A stretch of DNA of 64,000 bases from Centroscyllium fabricii. Lineage: Eukaryota. Position 1 is the first letter of the stretch. Each line of letters starts with the position of its first letter. Shown in pieces: positions 1-11,731 of this stretch. The translations under genes were made by a program, and so were the position numbers. Location of the stretch: positions 496,001 through 560,000 of the forward strand of contig JBNRSN020000306.1 in the NCBI GenBank assembly GCA_051313645.2, read 5' to 3'. The notes below the pieces were generated by a model that searched no databases, was not told where the DNA came from, and saw only the letters and a program-made list of their open reading frames with translations.

Positions 1-544
1 TGGCTGCAGTGCATCATTGCACCTCCTACAAATTCAATTTTCTTGCCCATAATCCAGCCTGTGCAGTGCATTTCATTCACGAATCTAGATTGACTGCCTC
101 AAACCGCCATCACTTCAGAAATATTCTGCCTTCCACAAATGACTTGCTCTTTAGCAGCAGCGTCAGTTTTCACAAATGCCGTGCCCCAGATATCTGTGTT
201 GGATCTTCAACTTTTCTTCCTATGTATGTTTGACTTGAATGGATCAGTAGAGCGCTGGAGATCGTAGTTTTATATCGCACAAAGTTAGACGATCGATTCT
301 TACTGCAAATGGGAAATACAGGGAACCAAATGGACAGAGAGAGAAGAAGCAAGCCGAGAAAACCAAGGCAAATCGTGTTCACTGTGCGCTAGTGTGATAC
401 CACCCACTTTGGAACAAAGTAAGATATTTCGGAGTATTTTCTAAATAATGGGAAGTTATTAACTGTTGAGGAGCAAAGAGATTTCTGAGTCCCGGTTCAC
501 AAATCATTATTAGCTGGTAGAAATGGAGGAAAATACATTCGAAA

Positions 545-1605
545 AATACGCGCATACGGGACATTTAGCTACAGTTGAATCTCGTGGTAGTAAAGGTCAC
601 ATTTTTATCCTGGTTCGAAAATTGTTTGCTCGACAAGAGACACATTTTTCGGATAATGATCTGGTAATTTAATTGGCAGGATATTATGAGTGTTGACTCT
701 GAGCGATCTCTTTTCGGGCCTCAACAATTTACCGATTTTTTTACGACTTATTGATGGGATTGAGAAGCTCCCATGATAGATTGAGGATAAAAAAATTAAA
801 GGCGGCATTAGAAGCAGTTTAGATGGGAGCAATAAATTTGTCAAAATATTCATAGATTGATTGAAAGGGCAAATCCTTTGCAAATTGATTTAAATATTAT
901 CAAGTGTGACGTCATCCACTTCGGATCTGAAAAGGGGCGTCTAGTACACACTCGTTATAATGTTAAGATGGAAAAAGTTGTTATCCGTAGTCTAAATGGT
1001 CCATGTACAAATATCATTGAATGGTCATGGACAGAAAAGATTCAAAAGACTATTTGAAAGGTGATATGTTTCTCTGTGGAATTTCAATAGAAGAAGCAGT
1101 AATATGCCCCATCTACACAAAGCACAGGAGAGACCACACCTGCGGTACTGTGTTCAGTTCTGGGCTTCACACCTGAGGAAGGTGGTCGTTGGCATAAAGG
1201 TGGAGCCTAGGTTTACCACAATAATAAAGAGTGTCAACGTCCAATGGAAGATTGCATAATCTAGGGTTATATTACCTGGAATTTAGAAGATTAAATGGGG
1301 AATTGATGGAAGTATTCACGATATTATGTTGAACTGATCGTGTCGATAGCGAGAAGCGATGTTTGATGATTGACCTGCCCGGGAGCCGGGAACATAGCCT
1401 CAAACATAGATACATGAATTGCAGGAGTGGAGTGAGTGTGACAGAAATTTCTAACACACTTCAGCAAACAACCCTTGAAGCTGGGTCAATTGTCAGTCTT
1501 GAGATTGAGAGATGTTTGTCAAACAAATGCATCAATGGAGCACAGATTTAATTAAATGGCAGAGCGGCTCGAGGGGTTAAAAAGCCTCATCCTGTTGTTA
1601 TTTTC
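545..1605 (+). mobile_element. Decayed CR1 LINE 3' end (RT C-terminus + 3' UTR), present once per array unit; unit 1 shown
   Basis: Aligns by eye with the CR1 at 53650-54800: caagtgtgacgtcatccacttcgg (KCDVIHFG), agaccacacctgcggtactgtgttcagttctgg (RPHLEYCVQFW), ctggaatttagaagatta (LEFRRL), and the tail aaatggcagagcggctcgagggg vs gaatggcggagcaggctcgaaggg. Many stops and frameshifts. Ends approximate. Confidence 0.9.
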
Positions 1606-1652
1606 AACGTTAAAGGATCAGAGCACGGACGCAGAGACGACAATCCCCGTTT

Positions 1653-1656
1653 AAAA
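1653..1656 (-). terminator. RNA Pol III terminator (TTTT) 4 nt after the tRNA 3' end; present in all units except the copy at 42601
   Basis: Minus strand reads ...GGGCG-CTGC-TTTT-AAACGG. Confidence 0.85.
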
Positions 1657-1660
1657 GCAG

Positions 1661-1733
1661 CGCCCGAGCAGGGACTTGAACCCTGGACCCTCAGATTAAA
1701 AGTCTGATGCTCTACCGACTGAGCTATCCGGGC
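1661..1733 (-). tRNA. tRNA-Lys(UUU), variant U66C (A7-C66 mismatch)
   Basis: 73-nt cloverleaf; plus strand cgcccgagca vs canonical cgcccgaaca. Confidence 0.8.
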
Positions 1734-3433
1734 TCTTGCGAACCAAAGCTCACAATCGTACTGTCATTGGCTGCAGTGCATCATTGCACCTCCTACAAAT
1801 TCAATTTTCTTGCCCATAATCCAGCCTGTGCAGCGCATTTCATTCACGAATCTAGATTGACTGCCTCAAACCGCCATCACTTCAGAAATATTCTCCCTTC
1901 CACAAATGACTTGCTCTTTAGCAGCAGCGTCAGTTTTCACAAATGCCGTGCCCCAGATATCTGTGTTGGATCTTCAACTTTTCTTCCTATGTATGTTTGA
2001 CTTGAATGGATCAGTAGAGCGCTGGAGATCGTAGTTTTATATCGCACAAAGTTAGACGATCGATTCTTACTGCAAATGGGAAATACAGGTAACCAAATGG
2101 ACAGAGAGAGAAGAAGCAAGCCGAGAAAACCAAGGCAAATCGTGTTCACTGTGAGCTAGTGTGATACCACCCACTTTGGAACAAAGTAAGATATTTCGGA
2201 GTATTTTCTAAATAATGGGATGTTATTAACTGTTGAGGAGCAAAGAGATTTCTGAGTCCCGGTTCACAAATCATTATTAGCTGGTAGAAATGGAGGAAAA
2301 TACATTCGAAAAATACGCGCATACGGGACATTTAGCTACAGTTGAATCTCGTGGTAGTAAAGGTCACATTTTTATCCTGGTTCGAAAATTGTTTGCTCGA
2401 CAAGAGACACATTTTTCGGATAATGATCTGGTAATTTAATTGGCAGGATATTATGAGTGTTGACTCTGAGCGATCTCTTTTCGGGCCTCAACAATTTACC
2501 GATTTTTTTACGACTTATTGATGGGATTGAGAAGCTCCCATGATAGATTGAGGATAAAAAAATTAAAGGCGGCATTAGAAGCAGTTTAGATGGGAGCAAT
2601 AAATTTGTCAAAATATTCATAGATTGATTGAAAGGGCAAATCCTTTGCAAATTGATTTAAATATTATCAAGTGTGACGTCATCCACTTCGGATCTGAAAA
2701 GGGGCGTCTAGTACACACGTTATAATGTTAAGATGGAAAAAGTTGTGATCCGTAGTCTAAATGGTCCATGTACAAATATCAGTAAATGGTCATGGACAGA
2801 AAAGATTCAAAAGACTATTTGAAAGGTGATATGTTTCTCTGTGGAATTTCAATAGAAGAAGCAGTAATATGCCCCATCTACACAAAGCACATGAGAGACC
2901 ACACCTGCGGTACTGTGTTCAGTTCTGGGCTTCACAACTGAGGAAGGTGGTCGTTGGCATAAAGGTGGAGCCTATGTTTACCACAATGATACAGAGTGTC
3001 AACGTCCAATGGAAGATTGCATAATCTAGGGTTATACTACCTGGAATTTAGAAGATTAAATGGGGAATTGATGGAAGTATTCACGATATTATGTGGAACT
3101 GATCGTGTCGATAGCGAGAAGCGATGTTTGATGATTGACCTGCCCGGGAGCCGGGAACATAGCCTCAAACATAGATACATGAATTGCAGGAGTGGAGTGA
3201 GTGTGACAGAAATTTCTAACACACTTCAGCAAACAACCCTTGAAGCTGGGTCAATTGTCAGTCTTGAGATTGAGAGATGTTTGTCAAACAAATGCATCAA
3301 TGGGGCGTTCCAGCACAGATTTAATTAAATGGCAGAGCGGCTCGAGGGGTTAAAAAGCCTCATCCTGTTGTTATTTTCAACGTTAAAGGATCAGAGCACG
3401 GATGCAGAGACGACAATCCCCGTTTAAAAGCAG

Positions 3434-3506
3434 CGCCCGAACAGGGACTTGAACCCTGGACCCTCAGATTAAAAGTCTGATGCTCTACCGACTGAGCTAT
3501 CCGGGC
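3434..3506 (-). tRNA. tRNA-Lys(UUU), canonical
   Basis: GCCCGGATAGCTCAGTCGGTAGAGCATCAGACTTTTAATCTGAGGGTCCAGGGTTCAAGTCCCTGTTCGGGCG; matches vertebrate tRNA-Lys3 as I recall it; A and B boxes intact. Confidence 0.97.
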
Positions 3507-5208
3507 TCTTGCAAACCAAAGCTCACAATCGTACCGTCATTGGCTGCAGTGCATCATTGCACCTCCTACAAATTCAATTTTCTTGCCCATTATCCAGCCT
3601 GTGCAGCGCATTTCATTCACGAATCTAGATTGACTGCCTCAAACCGCCATCACTTCAGAAATATTCTCCCTTCCACAAATGACTTGCTCTTTAGCAGCAG
3701 CGTCAGTTTTCACAAATGCCGTGCCCCAGATATCTGTGTTGGATCTTCAACTTTTCTTCCTATGTATGTTTGACTTGAATGGATCAGTAGAGCGCTGGAG
3801 ATCGTAGTTTTATATCGCACAAAGTTAGACGATCGATTCTTACTTCAAATGGGAAATACAGGGAACCAAATGGACAGAGAGAGAAGAAGCAAGCCGAGAA
3901 AACCAAGGCAAATCGTGTTCACTGTGCGCTAGTGTGATACCACCCAATTTGGAACAAAGTAAGATATTTCGGAGTATTTTCTAAATAATGGGAAGTTATT
4001 AACTGTTGAGGAGCAAAGAGATTTCTGAGTCCCGGTTCACAAATCATTATTAGCTGGTAGAAATGGAGGAAAATACATTCGAAAAATACGCGCATACGGG
4101 ACATTTAGCTACAGTTGAATCTCGTGGTAGTAAAGGTCACATTTTTATACTGGTTCGAAAATTGTTTGCTCGACAAGAGACACATTTTTCGGATAATGAT
4201 CTGGTAATTTAATTGGCAGGATATTATGAGTGTTGACTCTGAGCGATCTCTTTTCGGGCCTCAACAATTTACCGATTTTTTTACGACTTATTGATGGGAT
4301 TGAGAAGCTCCCATAATAGATTGAGGATAAAAAAATTAAAGGCGGCATTAGAAGCAGTTTAGATGGGAGCAATAAATTTGTCAAAATATTCATAGATTGA
4401 TTGAATGGACAAATCCTTTGCAAATTGTTTGAAATATTATCAAGTGTGACGTCATCCACTTCGGATCTGAAAAGGGGCGTCTAGTACACACTCGTTATAA
4501 TGTTAAGATGGAAAAAGTTGTGATCCGTAGTCTAAATGGTCCATGTACAAATATCATTAAATGGTCATGGACAGAAAAGATTCAAAAGACTATTTGAAAG
4601 GTGATATGTTTCTCTGTGGAATTTCAATAGAAGAAGCAGTAATATGCCCCATCTACACAAAGCACAGGAGAGACCACACCTGCGGTACTGTGTTCAGTTC
4701 TGGGCTTCACAACTGAGGAAGGTGGTCGTTGGCATAAAGGTGGAGCCTAGGTTTACCACAATGATACAGAGTGTCAACGTCCAATGGAAGATTGCATAAT
4801 CTAGGGTTATATTACCTGGAATTTAGAAGATTAAATGAGGAATTGATGGAAGTATTCACGATATTATGTGGAACTGATCGTGTCGATAGCGAGAAGCGAT
4901 GTTTGATGATTGACCTACCCGGGAGCCGGGAACATAGCCTCAAACATAGATACATGAATTGCAGGAGTGGAGTGAGTGTGACAGAAATTTCTAACACACT
5001 TCAGCAAACAACCCTTGAAGCTGGGTCAATTGTCAGTCTTGAGATTGAGAGATGTTTGTCAAACAAATGCATCAATGGAGCGTTCCAGCACAGATTTAAT
5101 TAAATGGCAGAGCGGCTCGAGGGGTTAAAAAGCCTCATCCTGTTGTTATTTTCATCGTCAAAGGATCAGAGCACGGATGCAGAGACGACAATCCCCGTTT
5201 AAAAGCAG

Positions 5209-5281
5209 CGCCCGAACAGGGACTTGAACCCTGGACCCTCAGATTAAAAGTCTGATGCTCTACCGACTGAGCTATCCGGGC
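5209..5281 (-). tRNA. tRNA-Lys(UUU), canonical
   Basis: Identical to the copy at 3434. Confidence 0.97.
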
Positions 5282-6974
5282 GCTTGCTAACTAAAGCTCA
5301 CAATCGTACTGTCATTGGCTGCAGTGCATCATTGCACCTCCTACAAATTCAATTTTCTTGCCCATAATCCAGCCTGTGCAGCGCATTTCATTCACGAATC
5401 TAGATTGACTGCCTCAAACCGCCATCACTTCAGAAATATTCTCCCTTCCACAAATGACTTGCTCTTTAGCAGCAGCGTCAGTTTTCACAAATGCCGTGCC
5501 CCAGATATCTGTGTTGGATCTTCAACTTTTCTTCCTATGTATGTTTGACTTGAATGGATCAGTAGAGCGCTGGAGATCGTAGTTTTATATCGCACAAAGT
5601 TAGACGATCGATTCTTACTGCAAATGGGAAATACAGGGAACCAAATGGACAGAGAGAGAAGAAGCAAGCCGAGAAAACCAAGGCAAATCGTGTTCACTGT
5701 GCGCTAGTGTGATACCACCCACTTTGGAACAATGTAAGATACTTCGGAGTATTTTCTAAATAATGGGAAGTTATTAACTGTTGAGGAGCAAAGAGATTTC
5801 TGAGTCCCGGTTCACAAATCATTATTAGCTGGTAGAAATGGAGGAAAATACATTCGAAAAATACGCGCATACGGGACGTTTAGCTACAGTTGAATCTCAT
5901 GGTAGTAATGGTCACATTTTTATCCTGGTTCGAAAATTGTTTGCTCGACAAGAGACACATTTTTCGGATAATGATCTGGTAATTTAATTGGCAGGATATT
6001 ATGAGTGTTGACTCTGAGCGATCTCTTTTCGGGCCACAACAATTTACCGATTTTTTTACGACTTATTGATGGGATTGAGAAGCTCCCATGATAGATTGAG
6101 GATAAAAAAATTAAAGGCGGCATTAGAAGCAGTTTAGATGGGAGCAATAAATTTGTCAAAATATTCATAGATTGATTGAAAGGGCAAATCCTTTGCAAAT
6201 TGATTTAAATATTATCAAGTGTGACGTCATCCACTTCGGATCTGAAAAGGGGCGTCTAGTACACACTCGTTATAATGTTAAGATGGAAAAAGTTGTGATC
6301 CGTAGTCTAAATGGTCCATGTACAAATATCATTAAATGGTCATGGACAGAAAAGATTCAAAAGACTATTTGAAAGGTGATATGTTTCTCTGTGGAATTTC
6401 AATAGAAGAAGCAGTAATATGCCCCATCTACACAAAGCACAGGAGAGACCACACCTGCGGTACTGTGTTCAGTTCTGGGCTTCACAACTGAGGAAGGTGG
6501 TCGTTGGCATAAAGGTGGAGCCTAGGTTTACCACAATGATACAGAGTGTCAACGTCCAATGGAAGATTGCATAATCTAGGGTTATATTACCTGGAATTTA
6601 GAAGATTAAATGGGGAATTGATGGAAGTATTCACGATATTATGTGGAACTGATCGTGTCGATAGCGAGAAGCGATGTTTGATGATTGACCTGCCCGGGAG
6701 CCGGGAACATAGCCTCAAACATAGATACATGAATTGCAGGAGTGGAGTGAGTGTGACAGAAATTTCTATCACACTTCAGCAAACAACCCTTGAAGCTGGG
6801 TCAATTGTCAGTCTTGAGATTGAGAGATGTTTGTCAAACAAATGCATCAATGGAGCGTTCCAGCACAGATTTAATTAAATGGCAGAGCGGCTAAAAAGCC
6901 TCATCCTGTTGTTATTTTCAACGTTAAAGGATCAGAGCACGGATGCAGAGACGACAATCCCCGTTTAAAAGCAG

Positions 6975-7047
6975 CGCCCGAACAGGGACTTGAACCCTGG
7001 ACCCTCAGATTAAAAGTCTGATGCTCTACCGACTGAGCTATCCGGGC
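6975..7047 (-). tRNA. tRNA-Lys(UUU), canonical
   Basis: Identical to the copy at 3434. Confidence 0.97.
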
Positions 7048-8740
7048 TCTTGCTAACCAAAGCTCACAATCGTACTGTCATTGGCTGCAGTGCATCATTG
7101 CACCTCCTACAAATTCAATTTTCTTGCCCATAATCCAGCCTGTGCAGTGCATTTCATTCACGAATCTAGATTGACTGCCTCAAACCGCCATCACTTCAGA
7201 AATATTCTGCCTTCCACAAATGACTTGCTCTTTAGCAGCAGCGTCAGTTTTCACAAATGCCGTGCCCCAGATATCTGTGTTGGATCTTCAACTTTTCTTC
7301 CTATGTATGTTTGACTTGAATGGATCAGTAGAGCGCTGGAGATCGTAGTTTTATATCGCACAAAGTTAGACGATCGATTCTTACTGCAAATGGGAAATAC
7401 AGGGAACCAAATGGACAGAGAGAGAAGAAGCAAGCCGAGAAAACCAAGGCAAATCGTGTTCACTGTGCGCTAGTGTGATACCACCCACTTTGGAACAAAG
7501 TAAGATATTTCGGAGTATTTTCTAAATAATGGGAAGTTATTAACTGTTGAGGAGCAAAGAGATTTCTGAGTCCCGGTTCACAAATCATTATTAGCTGGTA
7601 GAAATGGAGGAAAATACATTCGAAAAATACGCGCATACGGGACGTTTAGCTACAGTTGAATCTCATGGTAGTAAAGGTCACATTTTTATCCTGGTTCGAA
7701 AATTGTTTGCTCGACAAGAGACACATTTTTCGGATAATGATCTGGTAATTTAATTGGCAGGATATTATGAGTGTTGACTCTGAGCGATCTCTTTTCGGGC
7801 CTCAACAATTTACCGATTTTTTTACGACTTATTGATGGGATTGAGAAGCTCCCATGATAGATTGAGGATAAAAAAATTAAAGGCGGCATTAGAAGCAGTT
7901 TAGATGGGAGCAATAAATTTGTCAAAATATTCATAGATTGATTGAAAGGGCAAATCCTTTGCAAATTGATTTAAATATTATCAAGTGTGACGTCATCCAC
8001 TTCGGATCTGAAAAGGGGCGTCTAGTACACACTCGTTATAATGTTAAGATGGAAAAAGTTGTGATCCGTAGTCTAAATGGTCCATGTACAAATATCATTA
8101 AATGGTCATGGACAGAAAAGATTCAAAAGACTATTTGAAAGGTGATATGTTTCTCTGTGGAATTTCAATAGAAGAAGCAGTAATATGCCCCATCTACACA
8201 AAGCACATGAGAGACCACACCTGCGGTACTGTGTTCAGTTCTGGGCTTCACAACTGAGGAAGGTGGTCGTTGGCATAAAGGTGGAGCCTAGGTTTACCAC
8301 AATGATACAGAGTGTCAACGTCCAATGGAAGATTGCATAATCTAGGGTTATATTACCTGGAATTTAGAAGATTAAATGGGGAATTGTTCACGATATTATG
8401 TGGAACTGATCGTGTCGATAGCGAGAAGCGATGTTTGATGATTGACCTGCCCGGGAGCCGGGAACATAGCCTCAAACATAGATACATGAATTGCAGGAGT
8501 GGAGTGAGTGTGACAGAAATTTCTATCACACTTCAGCAAACAACCCTTGAAGCTGGGTCAATTGTCAATCTTGAGATTGAGAGATGTTTGTCAAACAAAT
8601 GCATCAATGGAGCGTTCCAGCACAGATTTAATTAAATGGCAGAGCGGCTCGAGGGGTTAAAAAGCCTCATCCTGTTGTTATTTTCAACGTTAAAGGATCA
8701 GAGCACGGATGCAGAGACGACAATCCCCGTTTAAAAGCAG

Positions 8741-8813
8741 CGCCCGAACAGGGACTTGAACCCTGGACCCTCAGATTAAAAGTCTGATGCTCTACCGACT
8801 GAGCTATCCGGGC
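8741..8813 (-). tRNA. tRNA-Lys(UUU), canonical
   Basis: Identical to the copy at 3434. Confidence 0.97.
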
Positions 8814-9977
8814 TCTTGCTAACCAAAGCTCACAATCGTACTGTCATTGGCTGCAGTGCATCATTGCACCTCCTGCAAATTCAATTTTCTTGCCCATAAT
8901 CCAGCCTGTGCAGTGCATTTCATTCACGAATCTAGATTGACTGCCTCAAACCGACATCACTTCAGAAATATTCTCCCTTCCACAAACGACTTGCTCTTTA
9001 GCAGCAGCGTCAGTTTTCACAAATGCCGTGCCCCAGATATCTGTGTTGGATCTTCAACTTTTCTTCCTATGTATGTTTGACTTGAATGGATCAGTAGAGC
9101 GCTGGAGATCGTAGTTTTATATCGCACAAAGTTAGACGATCGATTCTTACTGCAAATGGGAAATACAGGGAACCAAATGGACAGAGAGAGAAGAAGCAAG
9201 CCGAGAAAACCAAGGCAAATCGTGTTCACTGTGCGCTAGTGTGATACCACCCACTTTATGATATTTCGGAATATTTTCTAAATAATGGGAAGTTATTAAC
9301 TGTTGAGGAGCAAAGAGATTTCTGAGTCCCGGTTCACAAATCATTATTAGCTGGTAGAAATGGAGGAAAATACATTCGAAAAATACGCGCATACGGGACA
9401 TTTAGCTACAGTTGAATCTCGTGGTAGTAAAGGTCACATTTTTATACTGGTTCGAAAAGTGTTTGCTCGACAAGGGACACATTTTTCGGATAATGATCTG
9501 GTAATTTAATTGGCAGGATATTATGAGTGTTGACTCTGAGCGATCTCTTTTCGGGCCTCAACAATTTACCGATTTTTTTACGACTTATTGATGGGATTGA
9601 GAAGCTCCCATGATAGATTGAGGATAAAAAAATTAAAGGCGGCATTAGAAGCAGTTTAATTGGGAGCAATACATTTGTCAAAATATTCATAGATTGATTG
9701 AATGGGCAAATCCTTTGCAAATTGTTTGAAATATTATCAAGTGTGACGTCATCCACTTCGGATCTGAAAAGGGGCGTCTAGTACACACTCGTTATAATGT
9801 TAAGATGGAAAAAGTTGTGATCCGTAGTCTAAATGGTCCATGTACAAATATCATTAAATGGTCATGGACAGAAAAGATTCAAAAGACTATTTGAAAGGTG
9901 ATATGTTTCTCTGTGGAATTTCAATAGAAGAAGCAGTAATATGCCCCATCTACACAAAGCACAGGAGAGACCACACC

Positions 9978-11729
9978 TGTAAGGTCGCAAAATTCCCTGT
10001 CAAAATGGATTCACAAAGACCAGAAACGAAGGATGGAGTATACATATTTTCTTTTATTTGAACACTGGCAGACAAGACAGGCTGCGGCCTGATCAGAGAA
10101 AAGGGGCCTCCAAGATGGCCGCCGGACCACATGGCACAGTACAAACCGAAACCAAAAACCCAATTCGAAAAGCCCGCGAAGAAACCAGACATAAAGGCGC
10201 TGTTAAACCTGTAAATAAATAGCCTGCCCGTTAGAAACCGATTAGCCCGACAAAGAAATGCACCCAGTTTAAATAAACACCCAAAACAACTGCAAATACG
10301 AAGCAGCTGGTCCGTTCAGCCAGCTACAGAAATTGTATACCCTTCGAGCAAAGCGATTAGCACCCTTGAAAAACAATGGGACTCTAACCGGAGAAGTTAG
10401 AGCCACCATCAAACTATTACCGGCAGGCTTGGCTGGACAAAGGAGTGCAGGAACCGCTTTCTAAACACAATACAGGCTCTAATGTGAAAGACATTAGGCA
10501 TTCAATTTTGGGGTATAACTAGCAGGACATTGCACAGTTCGATCTCTCTTCCAGTTCGATCTCTTGGAAAAATAGCTGAAGGGAAGAGCTCTTGGAGAAG
10601 GCTCTTGGATTTCGTTCGTTTGACTCGTGGAGGCGACCTCTTGAAGCGGTGAGGTCTAGCAGTGACTTTGGGTGGGCTGTCTTTCTCGAAGACTCCAGTT
10701 CAGCTTTCTGGGTGCAGGGCAAGCAGGGTGCAGGCTCTGGCAGGACAGCAGAGTCGGGGCAGGGCAGTATCGCATCGTAGAACCATTGCTGGTGAGGTAG
10801 TTGGTTGTTGGGAGGCCCAGTGGCAAACATCTTGTTGAACACGACGACTAAGCTAGCGTCGGAAGTGTGGGGAGGCCCAGTGGCAAGCATCTTGGTGAAC
10901 ACTGCAAATAAACTATCATTCGAAGAGTGGGGAAGCAAATAGGCTAGCAGACCGTTACAGTTCGGCTTGAGAGGGCAGGATCGGCATACCCCAGGTTCCG
11001 GTTCAGCCAGCGAGATGATGCGGTTGGTGTGAGAAGGTAGAGCAGCCTCGAGGAACCCGTCCGGGACCAGCCCGAGCAGGAGCGACCGCCGCCCAAAGGG
11101 AGAAAACAACAAGTGGACTCCCGAATCTTCCACAGCCACGTGACGACCGACGCTGCAGCCGAGGAGACGAGGGACTTCGTAGCAGACCCCGAGTATTACC
11201 GAGTGGTGAGCATGTGCATCGATCCTACACACCTGGACATAGCTAGGCAATAGAGGGAAGGGTGGTTCGTTTGGGGTGTAGTTATAGAGTCATTGCCCCG
11301 ATTTACGTTGTGCCGTGCGTTCCCCATCCCATAAGTTATCTGTGTATGTACCTATATGTATCTGTTTGGGAAACAGTTGTTGATGTATCGTACTGTGTCA
11401 CTCTGATCAAATACAACCTAACTGCTGTAAATATATCTCTTGGTGTAATAAACCTTTATCCTTACTGCTGTAAATATATCTCTTGGTGTAATAAAAACCT
11501 TCCAACTTTACAAACTTTTATTCGAGTCAATAGTCTGAGTCCAATCGGCATCCATCTCGTCTCTCTCTCTCTTCCTGCACCTAAGTCCAGCGTCTAGAAC
11601 CGTAAAGGGTGAGCGATTCGAACCGCTCGCGGGGGAGGAGGTTATTGCGTGAGGCCTAGCGGACTGCTAACGCAAGGCAGTAACGGACCCCAAGTCGTAC
11701 AGTAAAATATACGGCGCACGCTCCTTACA
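9978..11729 (+). repeat. 5' LTR (1752 bp)
   Basis: TGTAAGG...CCTTACA 7-bp terminal inverted repeats; about 14 substitutions (hand count) versus the 3' LTR. Confidence 0.97.
10514..10518 (+). promoter_or_regulatory. Putative LTR TATA box
   Basis: ggggTATAActagc, followed ~20-35 nt later by pyrimidine-rich cagttc initiator-like repeats. Confidence 0.5.
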
Positions 11730-11731
11730 GA

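Noticed and set aside
11611-11628. Minus-strand GGTTCGAATC B-box / tRNA-like element in U5
   Set aside because: No cloverleaf or convincing A-box; better explained as part of a hairpin.
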